Source: Fidelibacterota bacterium
GTDB lineage: Bacteria; Fidelibacterota; Marinisomatia; Marinisomatales; TCS56
DNA: 23,057 nt
Assembly: GCA_043822705.1 (NCBI GenBank)
Contig: JBDRBK010000191.1
Coordinates: forward strand, 1-23,057
Reading direction: 5' to 3'
The first letter of the stretch is position 1; every line of letters begins with the position of its first letter. The notes beneath the pieces were generated by a model. That model had not been told where the DNA came from, searched no databases, and saw nothing but the letters and a program-made list of their open reading frames with translations. Shown one piece after another: positions 15,350 through 23,057 of the stretch. A program made the translations under genes and the position numbers.

Positions 15350-16249
15350 ATGGTAAACAGCGCAAAAATACTTATTCTTGAAGACGACCCGTTTTTTGTC
15401 CTGCCAATCAGGTACCACCTGGAGCGCGCAGGATATCAGGTAACTGCGCTGGCAGTACTGGAAAATGTCGAGACATCACAGGAATTGATTTTTCAGTATT
15501 CGCCCAACATCATCCTCTGTGATATTCAGATGAGTCCCAATGGCTTTGAAATCTTGCGACTGATCAAGAGCCATTCGCAGCTCAGGCTGATTCCATTTAT
15601 TTTTTTAACCGGCGTCGATTCGCTACCGGAAAGGATCAGAGCTTATCTGGGTGGTGTCGATGATTTCATCATTAAGCCAATTGATAAGGAAGAATTACTG
15701 GCGAAAATCGGCTCGATTCTTAAGCGTCAAGGCGATCTGGAATCCGCGATTTACCTCGATCCGTTGACCCAGATTCACAACCGGCGGTATTTTGAAAAAG
15801 AATTACAACGACAGGTTAATCTGCATCGTCGCCATCAGGACATATTCTCCATGGCATTGCTCGATATCGACCATTTCAAGTCGATCAATGACACCTACGG
15901 ACATAATTGCGGCGATCAGTGCCTGGTCGCCTTCAGCCGGTTCATTCAAAGAGAAATTCGCAGTACCGATATCTTTTCCCGCTGGGGCGGCGAGGAATTC
16001 ATCCTGATCATGGAACGATCCGACGCGAATGGTGCCAGTAAATCACTGCAATATATACTCGATAAAATGCGCTCCGAACCGCTGATGCGTTATAGCTCGC
16101 AGGATATTACCATTACCTTCAGTGCCGGTTTGGCACAATATCCGGATCATGGAACTGATTGCGCAACGTTGATGGAAGCCGCCGATAAGGCCGTCTATCG
16201 GGCGAAAGACCGTGGGCGCTGCCGGATTGAATTATTCGAAACGGATTAA
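15350..16249 (+). CDS. Response-regulator diguanylate cyclase (REC-GGDEF)
   Basis: REC motifs ILEDD, ILCDIQM, FLTG, IKP; then DPLT, DIDHFK.IND.YGH..GD, I-site RSTD five residues before GGEEF. Confidence 0.95.
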   Translation: MVNSAKILILEDDPFFVLPIRYHLERAGYQVTALAVLENVETSQELIFQYSPNIILCDIQMSPNGFEILRLIKSHSQLRLIPFIFLTGVDSLPERIRAYLGGVDDFIIKPIDKEELLAKIGSILKRQGDLESAIYLDPLTQIHNRRYFEKELQRQVNLHRRHQDIFSMALLDIDHFKSINDTYGHNCGDQCLVAFSRFIQREIRSTDIFSRWGGEEFILIMERSDANGASKSLQYILDKMRSEPLMRYSSQDITITFSAGLAQYPDHGTDCATLMEAADKAVYRAKDRGRCRIELFETD

Positions 16250-16250
16250 T

Positions 16251-18653
16251 TCAGATAAAATACTGATGTATTTTTTCAATTAATTCGCTCTTTTTTATTG
16301 GCTTCGCCAAAAAGTCGTTGCATCCGGCCTCCAGGCAGTTATCCCGATCAACTACGGAAGTATGCGCAGTACAGGCCACGACCGGGATCGACTGATAATT
16401 ACTCGAATTCCGCATGAATTTCACCAGGGCGATACCATCCTCATCACCCTTCAACGATAAATCCAGTAAAACCAGATCAATCTGGTTTTTCTCCAACTGC
16501 TCCCTGGCTTTTGCCGTTGAAATGGCGAAACTGACACCATAATCATTCTTCAGAAAATAATGAATCAATCGTTGGGAGTTAGCATCGTCCTCAACCACTA
16601 ATACCAATGGTTTACGCTTGATCATTCGATTTTTAAGCGTCGACTTGTCCCGTGATAGAAGCGTAGTGACCGGACGAGTTTTCTCAGCCGCTAACCGGAA
16701 GACCAGCTTAAACCGCGTGCCCTGATTATGGATACTGGTAACTTCGACCCCGATTTTATTCAAATCGAGATAACGTTTAGTCAGCGCCAGTCCCAATCCT
16801 AATCCCTTGATTACGCGTCGGTAATCGCTACCGCTGGCGGCAGGCAGTTTAAAAATATTATCAAGATATTTTTTAGCGATGCCGGTTCCAGTGTCACTGA
16901 TTGTACAAATCAGTTCGTCGTCATCCCGTTGCAGGTTGATTACAATAGCGCCCCGACGGGTATAGCGGACGGCATTATCAATCAAATGTGTCAGTGCCTG
17001 CCTGACGGTAAACAGATCGCCGCTCACCAGTGGTGTTTCCACGGTTGATTCTACTTTGAGATCAAGTCCCTGCTGCTTGGTGGTATCCCGGTATTCCAGA
17101 CAAATGCTTTCGATCAGTTCCTGCAGATTGATCGTCTCCGGCTTGATTTCCAGCTCACCATTGTCCACGGCCGAAATATCAGCGATTTCTCCGGTTACCC
17201 GAATCAACTCATCACTGCTCCGGTAAATCGAATCGAACAAACGGCGATCCTCGTCCTGCAACTGATCACGAAACCGTGACTCGATTAATTCGACAAAACC
17301 GCGGATTGAATTCAGCGGTGTAAATACTTCGTATGAAATATTGGAAATCAACATGGATTTCTGACTATCCGCTTTCGAGGTCTCTTCCAGCGTATCGACA
17401 ATCCGGTTCTGGCGTACGCGGCGTTCGGTAACATCCCGCAGCATGATCAAGGTTTCGTCCCTGCCACTGGCCACGATCCGTGCTTCGTAAAACCGCTCGT
17501 CACTATCGGCACCGTAGCCGAATTCAAGTACCTGAACCTGATTATCGGCCAAGGCCAGCTTCACGCATTTCAACAGATCAGCCGCTGCCGTCGGTGAAAA
17601 TATCTGACTGATATTGTCCTGGGAATCCCATTTAAACTGCCGCTCAAGCCGGGCATCTGGTGATGGAATACGATCGATGATCGCGCCATTTTTAGCGACT
17701 CTGAATATCAGGTCGGGAATTGCGGCCAACAGCGTCCGGTTACGTTCTTCGGAAACACTTAGGGCTGCCTTAGCCTGTGTTTTCTCGGTGATATCATGCG
17801 CGAGCAGCATGATGCCCGATACTTCTTCCGCTTCATCGCGGAGCGGTGCCAATGAAATATTAATCACTACCGCTGCACTATTTTTCCTGACGCAGTAAAC
17901 GTCAATATTTTCAAAAGATTTTCCCTGCAAAACCTGCTTGCAGGTGTTTTCCAGACTGAAATTATTCCTGCGATCGACCAATGGCAGAGCCTGGTTTAAA
18001 ACATTCGTCCGGGACCAACCGAAAATTTTCTCAGCCGCCGGGTTCCAGAGACTGATCCTGAGATTCCGGTCCAAAATAATTATGGCCAGCGGTGCACCCT
18101 GAATCAGGGCATCATAGGTCTGGTTGGTGCTCCGTAATGCTTCTTCAGCGCGCGCGCGATCGGAAATATCTTCAATTAAAGAAAGAACAAACAGCCGGTT
18201 ATTTCTTTTATCGATCATTGGTGTATTGAACCAGTTGATCCGTGCCTTGCCGCTGTTTTTGGTCAGGCATTCATTCTGATAGTTATGCGGGGAATGTTTA
18301 ACCTGAAATAAGTCCATAATCTGTTGAAATACCTGGATGTCATCCGCAGGCAATAAAAATGTCAAAAAATTCTTTCCCAGGACATCGGTCTGCGACCAGC
18401 CGAAAATTCTTTCAGCCGCCTTATTCCATTCGATGATGGTCGAATTATGGCCATGAATTTCCCAGATTATCAGCCCCATGGGAGAATTAACGATACTGGC
18501 CACGATAATATCTTTCAGCAGGGAATTCTTGCGCTGTTCATTGGGATGATTAGTCGACTGCAATTCGGTTAGCTGCCCTTGCAGTTCCTTGACCAGGGCA
18601 ACCAGTTCCGGCCGGCTTTTATCATTCAGATCGATATTGTTAATCCGTGACAT
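16251..18653 (-). CDS. Cytoplasmic multi-PAS hybrid histidine kinase-like protein with degenerate H-box (His to Tyr)
   Basis: Two clear PAS domains (WNKAAERIFGWS, WNPAAEKIFGWS) plus a third; SNISYEVFTPLN; LIDNAVRYT, DTGTGI, GLGLGL; C-terminal REC (VEDD, LLDLSL, KP). Confidence 0.92.
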   Translation of the reverse strand: MSRINNIDLNDKSRPELVALVKELQGQLTELQSTNHPNEQRKNSLLKDIIVASIVNSPMGLIIWEIHGHNSTIIEWNKAAERIFGWSQTDVLGKNFLTFLLPADDIQVFQQIMDLFQVKHSPHNYQNECLTKNSGKARINWFNTPMIDKRNNRLFVLSLIEDISDRARAEEALRSTNQTYDALIQGAPLAIIILDRNLRISLWNPAAEKIFGWSRTNVLNQALPLVDRRNNFSLENTCKQVLQGKSFENIDVYCVRKNSAAVVINISLAPLRDEAEEVSGIMLLAHDITEKTQAKAALSVSEERNRTLLAAIPDLIFRVAKNGAIIDRIPSPDARLERQFKWDSQDNISQIFSPTAAADLLKCVKLALADNQVQVLEFGYGADSDERFYEARIVASGRDETLIMLRDVTERRVRQNRIVDTLEETSKADSQKSMLISNISYEVFTPLNSIRGFVELIESRFRDQLQDEDRRLFDSIYRSSDELIRVTGEIADISAVDNGELEIKPETINLQELIESICLEYRDTTKQQGLDLKVESTVETPLVSGDLFTVRQALTHLIDNAVRYTRRGAIVINLQRDDDELICTISDTGTGIAKKYLDNIFKLPAASGSDYRRVIKGLGLGLALTKRYLDLNKIGVEVTSIHNQGTRFKLVFRLAAEKTRPVTTLLSRDKSTLKNRMIKRKPLVLVVEDDANSQRLIHYFLKNDYGVSFAISTAKAREQLEKNQIDLVLLDLSLKGDEDGIALVKFMRNSSNYQSIPVVACTAHTSVVDRDNCLEAGCNDFLAKPIKKSELIEKIHQYFI

Positions 18654-18743
18654 CTATCCATTAAAGTTCATTTGAGTGTTGCGCCAATTACACACCGGCG
18701 CTGCTCTCGATTATTTCTAATTTACTAATTATATGCTAAAATA

Positions 18744-18776
18744 ATCCCGGTAATCCTCAGCCAGGATTGCCGGGAT
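18744..18776 (-). terminator. Probable intrinsic terminator of the TPR gene
   Basis: 14-bp stem with one mismatch (ATCCCGGTAATCCT / AGGATTGCCGGGAT), followed by TATTTT on the minus strand. Confidence 0.65.
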
Positions 18777-18814
18777 AAATCGGCTGGTCGAATTAATCGG
18801 TCAATCGACGCGGG

Positions 18815-20419
18815 CTATAATTTACTTAATTTCTTCTCGGCGGCCTTGGCACTTTTTGATTCAGGATAGGTCTTTACAATGATAGTCAATATCTCTTTAA
18901 CCTTCCCATTATCCTTCAGTCTTTTCTCGTACAGATCGGCGCATTTGGCCAAGGCATCCAGCGTTTCCACTGCATCCGGATATTTCTGGTATACCGCGAA
19001 ATATTCTTCTACCGCTTCCGCATAACGTTTATTAGCCTCAAAAACCTGGCCGCTACGTAATAAGGCTTCCACGGCCTGGGGTGCTTGCGGATAAAACTGG
19101 ACCACCGAATGGTAAGTGGTGATCGCTTCGTTGACCTGGTTCAGCTCCTTGTCCTGAATTTCGCCTAAGCGCATCAGGCTGGCCGCCGCTTTCCGATGAG
19201 TGGGATACGTATCCACGAAAACCTGGTATTCATTCACGGCCTGCACCCAGTCTTTCAGTTTAGTATCGGCGATATCGGCAATCTTGTACTGTGCCTTGGC
19301 CGCCAGCGAATCGCTGGGGAACCGCAACAGAAAATTGCGGAAAGTCGTAATCGCTTCATCGAATTGACCGAACTTGTCAGATTGGATTATGCCGCTGCGG
19401 TAGAGCGCGTAGGCCAGTTTATTGCTGCGTGAGTACATCGTCAGTATTTTCTGGTAGCCCAGGTAACTGGCGTTGTAGTCCTCCAGCGCAAAATCGGCTT
19501 CGGCCAACCAGAGAATTATCTCACTGGTCCGGTTGCTGTTCGGATAGCGGTTGATGAAATCCAGAGTCTCGCGATTCAATATGACTGCCTGTGATTCAAT
19601 TTTCAACAATCTGATCGTTTTCAGAAAGGTATAATAACGATCGGTTATTTCACTGCCGGTGTTTTTTATTCCATTGAATAAATCGACATAAATCTGCTTC
19701 TGTTCCCGGAAATACTTCTCCGCCTCGACCAGCTCGATTCCGGTTTGCCGAACGGAACGGAATATGGCCGACTCGGGATAGAGACATAAAAACTTAACGA
19801 TTCCCACCGTCACCTCATCCCAGGCGGCGCGGGTAATGTTGCATTTAATGATGAAATTCTGAATCTGGTCGGAATGGTTCCCCGGGAAATAGGTATTGAG
19901 GTAACGCTCATACTCGGCGATCTTGTAAGCATTGATATCTTCGGATGATCCCAGCATCCCAAAGAGGCCGCCGACTGATATGGCCGCATAGCCATCCAAG
20001 TACTTCAGATATTGAAAGAATGATTCTTCCAGCGCCTCTTCCGTGAATAATTCCCCAATCACGTCCGCCGGCAGTAATTCCATTAAACTGACTGCTTCAA
20101 CCTTTGCGACCGGGGCTTCAATTTCAGTCTCTTCTTCCGGTGCTTCCGCTGCCGGTTCATCCGCTGTATCGTCGGCACTGATCACCGGTTCGCTCGCGAC
20201 CGCACTTTCGACGATCGGTTCAATTGCCTCAATCGTATCGATTACATCTTCAGCAGCGGCCTCTACCGGCAGTGAATCAGCCACGGTATCATCAGCGCCG
20301 GTAATGCTAATCGAATCCGGTAATACCTGATTATCGGTTTCAGGCGTTGTTAGTGTGTCCTGACCGGTGATGAAAGTCAGGCTGATAACAGAAATAATGA
20401 TGATTAGGTATCTGAACAT
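18815..20419 (-). CDS. Exported tetratricopeptide-repeat protein (BamD/CpoB-like repeats)
   Basis: Signal peptide-like N-terminus, acidic Ala/Glu/Pro linker, and repeated Y/F-P-x-S helical units (e.g. AITTFRNFLLRFPSDSLAAKAQYKIA). Confidence 0.85.
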   Translation of the reverse strand: MFRYLIIIISVISLTFITGQDTLTTPETDNQVLPDSISITGADDTVADSLPVEAAAEDVIDTIEAIEPIVESAVASEPVISADDTADEPAAEAPEEETEIEAPVAKVEAVSLMELLPADVIGELFTEEALEESFFQYLKYLDGYAAISVGGLFGMLGSSEDINAYKIAEYERYLNTYFPGNHSDQIQNFIIKCNITRAAWDEVTVGIVKFLCLYPESAIFRSVRQTGIELVEAEKYFREQKQIYVDLFNGIKNTGSEITDRYYTFLKTIRLLKIESQAVILNRETLDFINRYPNSNRTSEIILWLAEADFALEDYNASYLGYQKILTMYSRSNKLAYALYRSGIIQSDKFGQFDEAITTFRNFLLRFPSDSLAAKAQYKIADIADTKLKDWVQAVNEYQVFVDTYPTHRKAAASLMRLGEIQDKELNQVNEAITTYHSVVQFYPQAPQAVEALLRSGQVFEANKRYAEAVEEYFAVYQKYPDAVETLDALAKCADLYEKRLKDNGKVKEILTIIVKTYPESKSAKAAEKKLSKL

Positions 20420-20638
20420 TTGCTGAAAGTCCTAAAATTGTTGAATTTTATTCTTGATCGACGACCCGATTCCATACTAAAAATTAGGACATATATACTA
20501 AAAAAGGTAAAATATTCGTATCGATTATTAAAACAGTCGCAATGATCAGGAATACTTTTGATCTTCGACACACCGTCCCAACGAAATTTTACATTAAATT
20601 TATCCGAAGAAAAATTATTGATCCGTAATATCCGCCCA

Positions 20639-22138
20639 ATGAATTTTCCGCAATACAGCATTTCATCGAACCAATGGTCGACCGGTGGATTATTTTTACT
20701 GACGATCAGCTGTTTGATCGCCGCTAGTGAATTTTTCCGGGCGCGGCTGCAATGGTCGGTCGAAACCAACCGCAAGCTGGTCCATGTCAGTGTCGGGCTC
20801 ATGATCACGCTCAGCCCACTGCTTTTTTCGACACCACTGCAACCGGCCCTGCTGGCAGTGATGTTTCTGGTGCTTAACGCCGTGGCATTGAAGTCAAAAC
20901 AATTTCAGGCCATCCACGCCACTGCCCGCCGGACCTACGGAACAGTCTATTTCCCCCTGGCATTCCTGATCCTGGCGCTCGGCTGGTGGCAGCGACCGCT
21001 GGCGCTTATGGCCGGAACCCTGACGATGGCGTTCGCCGATACGATCGCCGCAATGGTGGGCGGTAGAATAAAGAAACCGCACAGCTATCGTCTCTGGGCC
21101 GACACGAAGTCCCTGGAAGGCTCCACAGCCATGTTTGTTGCCGGTTTTATGGGGATCCTGAGCCTGGCCCTGCTATTCCGGCCATATCTGCCCCTACACC
21201 TACCCAGCGGCCTGATACTGGGTCTGGCCGGATTTACCGCTCTGGTCGCTACGGCCGCCGAATCGATCAGCAAGGACGGTTCCGATAATTTATCAGTTCC
21301 ATTGATGAGCGCCATCGCCTTCGATTTATACCTGATCGGCGCCGCCAACGGCAGTCTGGGCGCCCTGCTCCGGTGGACCGCCCTGTCCGCGCTGATCCTG
21401 CTGCTGGCCTACCGCCTGAAAACATTATCCGGCAGCGGCGGCGTCGCGGCATTTTTGATCGGCATCGTGATATTCGGGGCCGGCGGGATCAAATGGATAA
21501 CGCCCATGATCGTGTTTTTCATCCTGTCGTCGGCCATCTCAAAAATCGGGAAAAGCCGCAGGTCAACACCCAAGATGCTGACCTGGAAGAATTACCAGAA
21601 AGGATCGCGCCGCGACCTGGTGCAGGTCCTGGCCAATGGTGGCATCGCCACGCTCCTGGCCCTGCTCAACCTGTACCACCCGGCCGACTGGCTGTACTAC
21701 ATGTTTTTAGGCGCGATCGCCGCCGCTACCGCCGACACCTGGGCCACCGAAATCGGCTTTTTCAATCCCGGCGACCCGCGGCATATCATTACCATGCGCA
21801 CGGTACCCAAGGGAACTTCCGGTGGAATATCGATCGTCGGAACGCTGGGAACGCTCGCCGGCAGCGCCCTGATCGGCGCGACCGGCCTGATTTTCGGATT
21901 GGATTTACGGATCGCCCTGCTGATTACGCTGGCCGGGCTGATCGCCAGCCTGATCGATTCCCTGCTGGGGGGAACGGTGCAGTCGCGTTACCGCTGCGTC
22001 GTCTGCGGGGAAATCACCGAGAATCACAATCACTGCGAGCAGCCGACAAAACATTACAACGGCGTGCTGTGGATCGACAACGATATGGTCAATCTGCTAT
22101 GCACGCTCAGCGGCGCCTTTATGGTCGTTTTACTGTAG
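20639..22138 (+). CDS. Fusion of CTP-dependent phytol/dolichol kinase-like domain and DUF92/TMEM19 domain
   Basis: RKLVH, FADTIAAMVG, KSLEGS, GSDNLSVP; then QVLANGG, ATADTWATEIG, GTSGGIS, DSLLGGTVQ, DNDMVN. Start uncertain (TTG 20558 or ATG 20639). Confidence 0.88.
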   Translation: MNFPQYSISSNQWSTGGLFLLTISCLIAASEFFRARLQWSVETNRKLVHVSVGLMITLSPLLFSTPLQPALLAVMFLVLNAVALKSKQFQAIHATARRTYGTVYFPLAFLILALGWWQRPLALMAGTLTMAFADTIAAMVGGRIKKPHSYRLWADTKSLEGSTAMFVAGFMGILSLALLFRPYLPLHLPSGLILGLAGFTALVATAAESISKDGSDNLSVPLMSAIAFDLYLIGAANGSLGALLRWTALSALILLLAYRLKTLSGSGGVAAFLIGIVIFGAGGIKWITPMIVFFILSSAISKIGKSRRSTPKMLTWKNYQKGSRRDLVQVLANGGIATLLALLNLYHPADWLYYMFLGAIAAATADTWATEIGFFNPGDPRHIITMRTVPKGTSGGISIVGTLGTLAGSALIGATGLIFGLDLRIALLITLAGLIASLIDSLLGGTVQSRYRCVVCGEITENHNHCEQPTKHYNGVLWIDNDMVNLLCTLSGAFMVVLL

Positions 22139-22190
22139 CGGCACTGATATTCGATCATCCGTATCGGAATCACCGGAGATAAATATAAAA

Positions 22191-22661
22191 ATGGACCGGG
22201 ACGAAAAAATCAATCAATATGAAAATGCGCTGGACCAGTTGACGGCAATGCTGGGGCCGGACGGTTACGCGCTGGACGCGATTGGTAAAATGGCGCTGAT
22301 CTGTGCCGTCCTGAAAATTCATTTTCCGGATTGGGTTTTCGTGGGGTTTTACCGCTGCACCGGACCCGACCGGCTGGAAATCGGTCCCTACCAAGGCGAT
22401 ATTATTGCCTGCGGGACGATCAGTTTCGATCGCGGTGTCTGCGGCGGCGCCGCCAGCCGGCGCTCCACAGTAATCGTGCCGGATGTGCTGGAATTCCCCG
22501 GCTACATCGCCTGCGATAACCAGACCCGGTCGGAGATTGTCGTTCCCTGCTTCAGCGCCGATCGATTGATTGCGGTGCTGGATATCGATGGCGCCACTCC
22601 CGGCCGATTCGATACCGTCGACCAGGAGTACCTGGAGCGCGTGGTAGCGCTTTTATCCTGA
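22191..22661 (+). CDS. msrC: GAF-domain protein, free methionine-R-sulfoxide reductase (fRMsr/MsrC-like)
   Basis: WVFVGFY, GPYQG..AC, GVCG, VPDV..FPGYIACD..TRSEIVVP, VLDID; the three characteristic Cys are present. Confidence 0.82.
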   Translation: MDRDEKINQYENALDQLTAMLGPDGYALDAIGKMALICAVLKIHFPDWVFVGFYRCTGPDRLEIGPYQGDIIACGTISFDRGVCGGAASRRSTVIVPDVLEFPGYIACDNQTRSEIVVPCFSADRLIAVLDIDGATPGRFDTVDQEYLERVVALLS

Positions 22662-22688
22662 CAGGTTTGCCGTCCCGCCGCCGATCCA

Positions 22689-23057
22689 TCATTCCTGCTC
22701 GAGCAATTTCCTGACCGCCCGGTATTTGCGCCCGGGATCCAGATCGCTGAAATCATGGTCCACGATCCGGATGCGTTTACTCCCCAAAATCCCCCCCGTG
22801 ATATAACCCAGCACGGCACAGGTCAGACCGCTGGCCCCGGACACCTTCATCCCCTGCTGCATTTTTTCAGCCTGCTCGCCCTTGACCTGGCTGCCGGCCA
22901 GCAGACCGGCCACGGCGCCGCCGATCCCGATAGTCTGGGCAAATGTCCAGGCCCGGCGCCGGTTGAACGGCGCCTTGATTTCGCGATACTGACGCAGGCT
23001 TTTGATATCGGCTACATCCACCGGCTGAAAATCCTGATCGATCACGATAAACAACGT
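22689..23057 (-). CDS. Hypothetical membrane protein, 5'-truncated
   Basis: Open frame to the window edge with two Gly-rich hydrophobic segments; convergent with the GAF gene. Confidence 0.6.
   Translation of the reverse strand, partial: TLFIVIDQDFQPVDVADIKSLRQYREIKAPFNRRRAWTFAQTIGIGGAVAGLLAGSQVKGEQAEKMQQGMKVSGASGLTCAVLGYITGGILGSKRIRIVDHDFSDLDPGRKYRAVRKLLEQE

Noticed and set aside
18815..20419. PilF/Tgl pilotin assignment for the TPR protein
   Set aside because: No lipobox, much longer than pilotins, and not in the pilus operon.
20429..20505. GTCCTAA/TTAGGAC inverted repeat that could occlude the TPR gene RBS, plus an ATACTAAAAA direct repeat
   Set aside because: Short matches in AT-rich sequence, plausibly chance.
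21373..22182. 269-aa alternative-frame ORF
   Set aside because: Arg-rich off-frame product of GC-rich coding sequence inside the DUF92 gene.

Overview
Bacterial window (1-14.8 kb) dominated by an unusual type IV filament locus. It runs: truncated PilC/MshG-like platform gene, MshA-like major pilin behind a sigma54-type promoter, a convergent membrane-anchored LamG protein, a divergent second PilC-like gene, pilT and pilU. A second sigma54-type operon follows, with a short GspG-like pseudopilin and four very large (532-902 aa) paralogous prepilin proteins. These fuse a GspG-like head to tandem Cys-containing beta-rich repeats, and the array is bracketed by two homologous small membrane proteins. 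Downstream are a stand-alone Hpt, a REC-GGDEF diguanylate cyclase and a convergent PAS hybrid kinase whose phospho-His is replaced by Tyr. The window ends with a TPR protein, a CTP-dependent kinase-DUF92 fusion, an fRMsr-like GAF protein and a truncated hypothetical gene. No RNA genes, CRISPR arrays or mobile elements were recognised. All family calls come from motif recognition by eye, not database searches.
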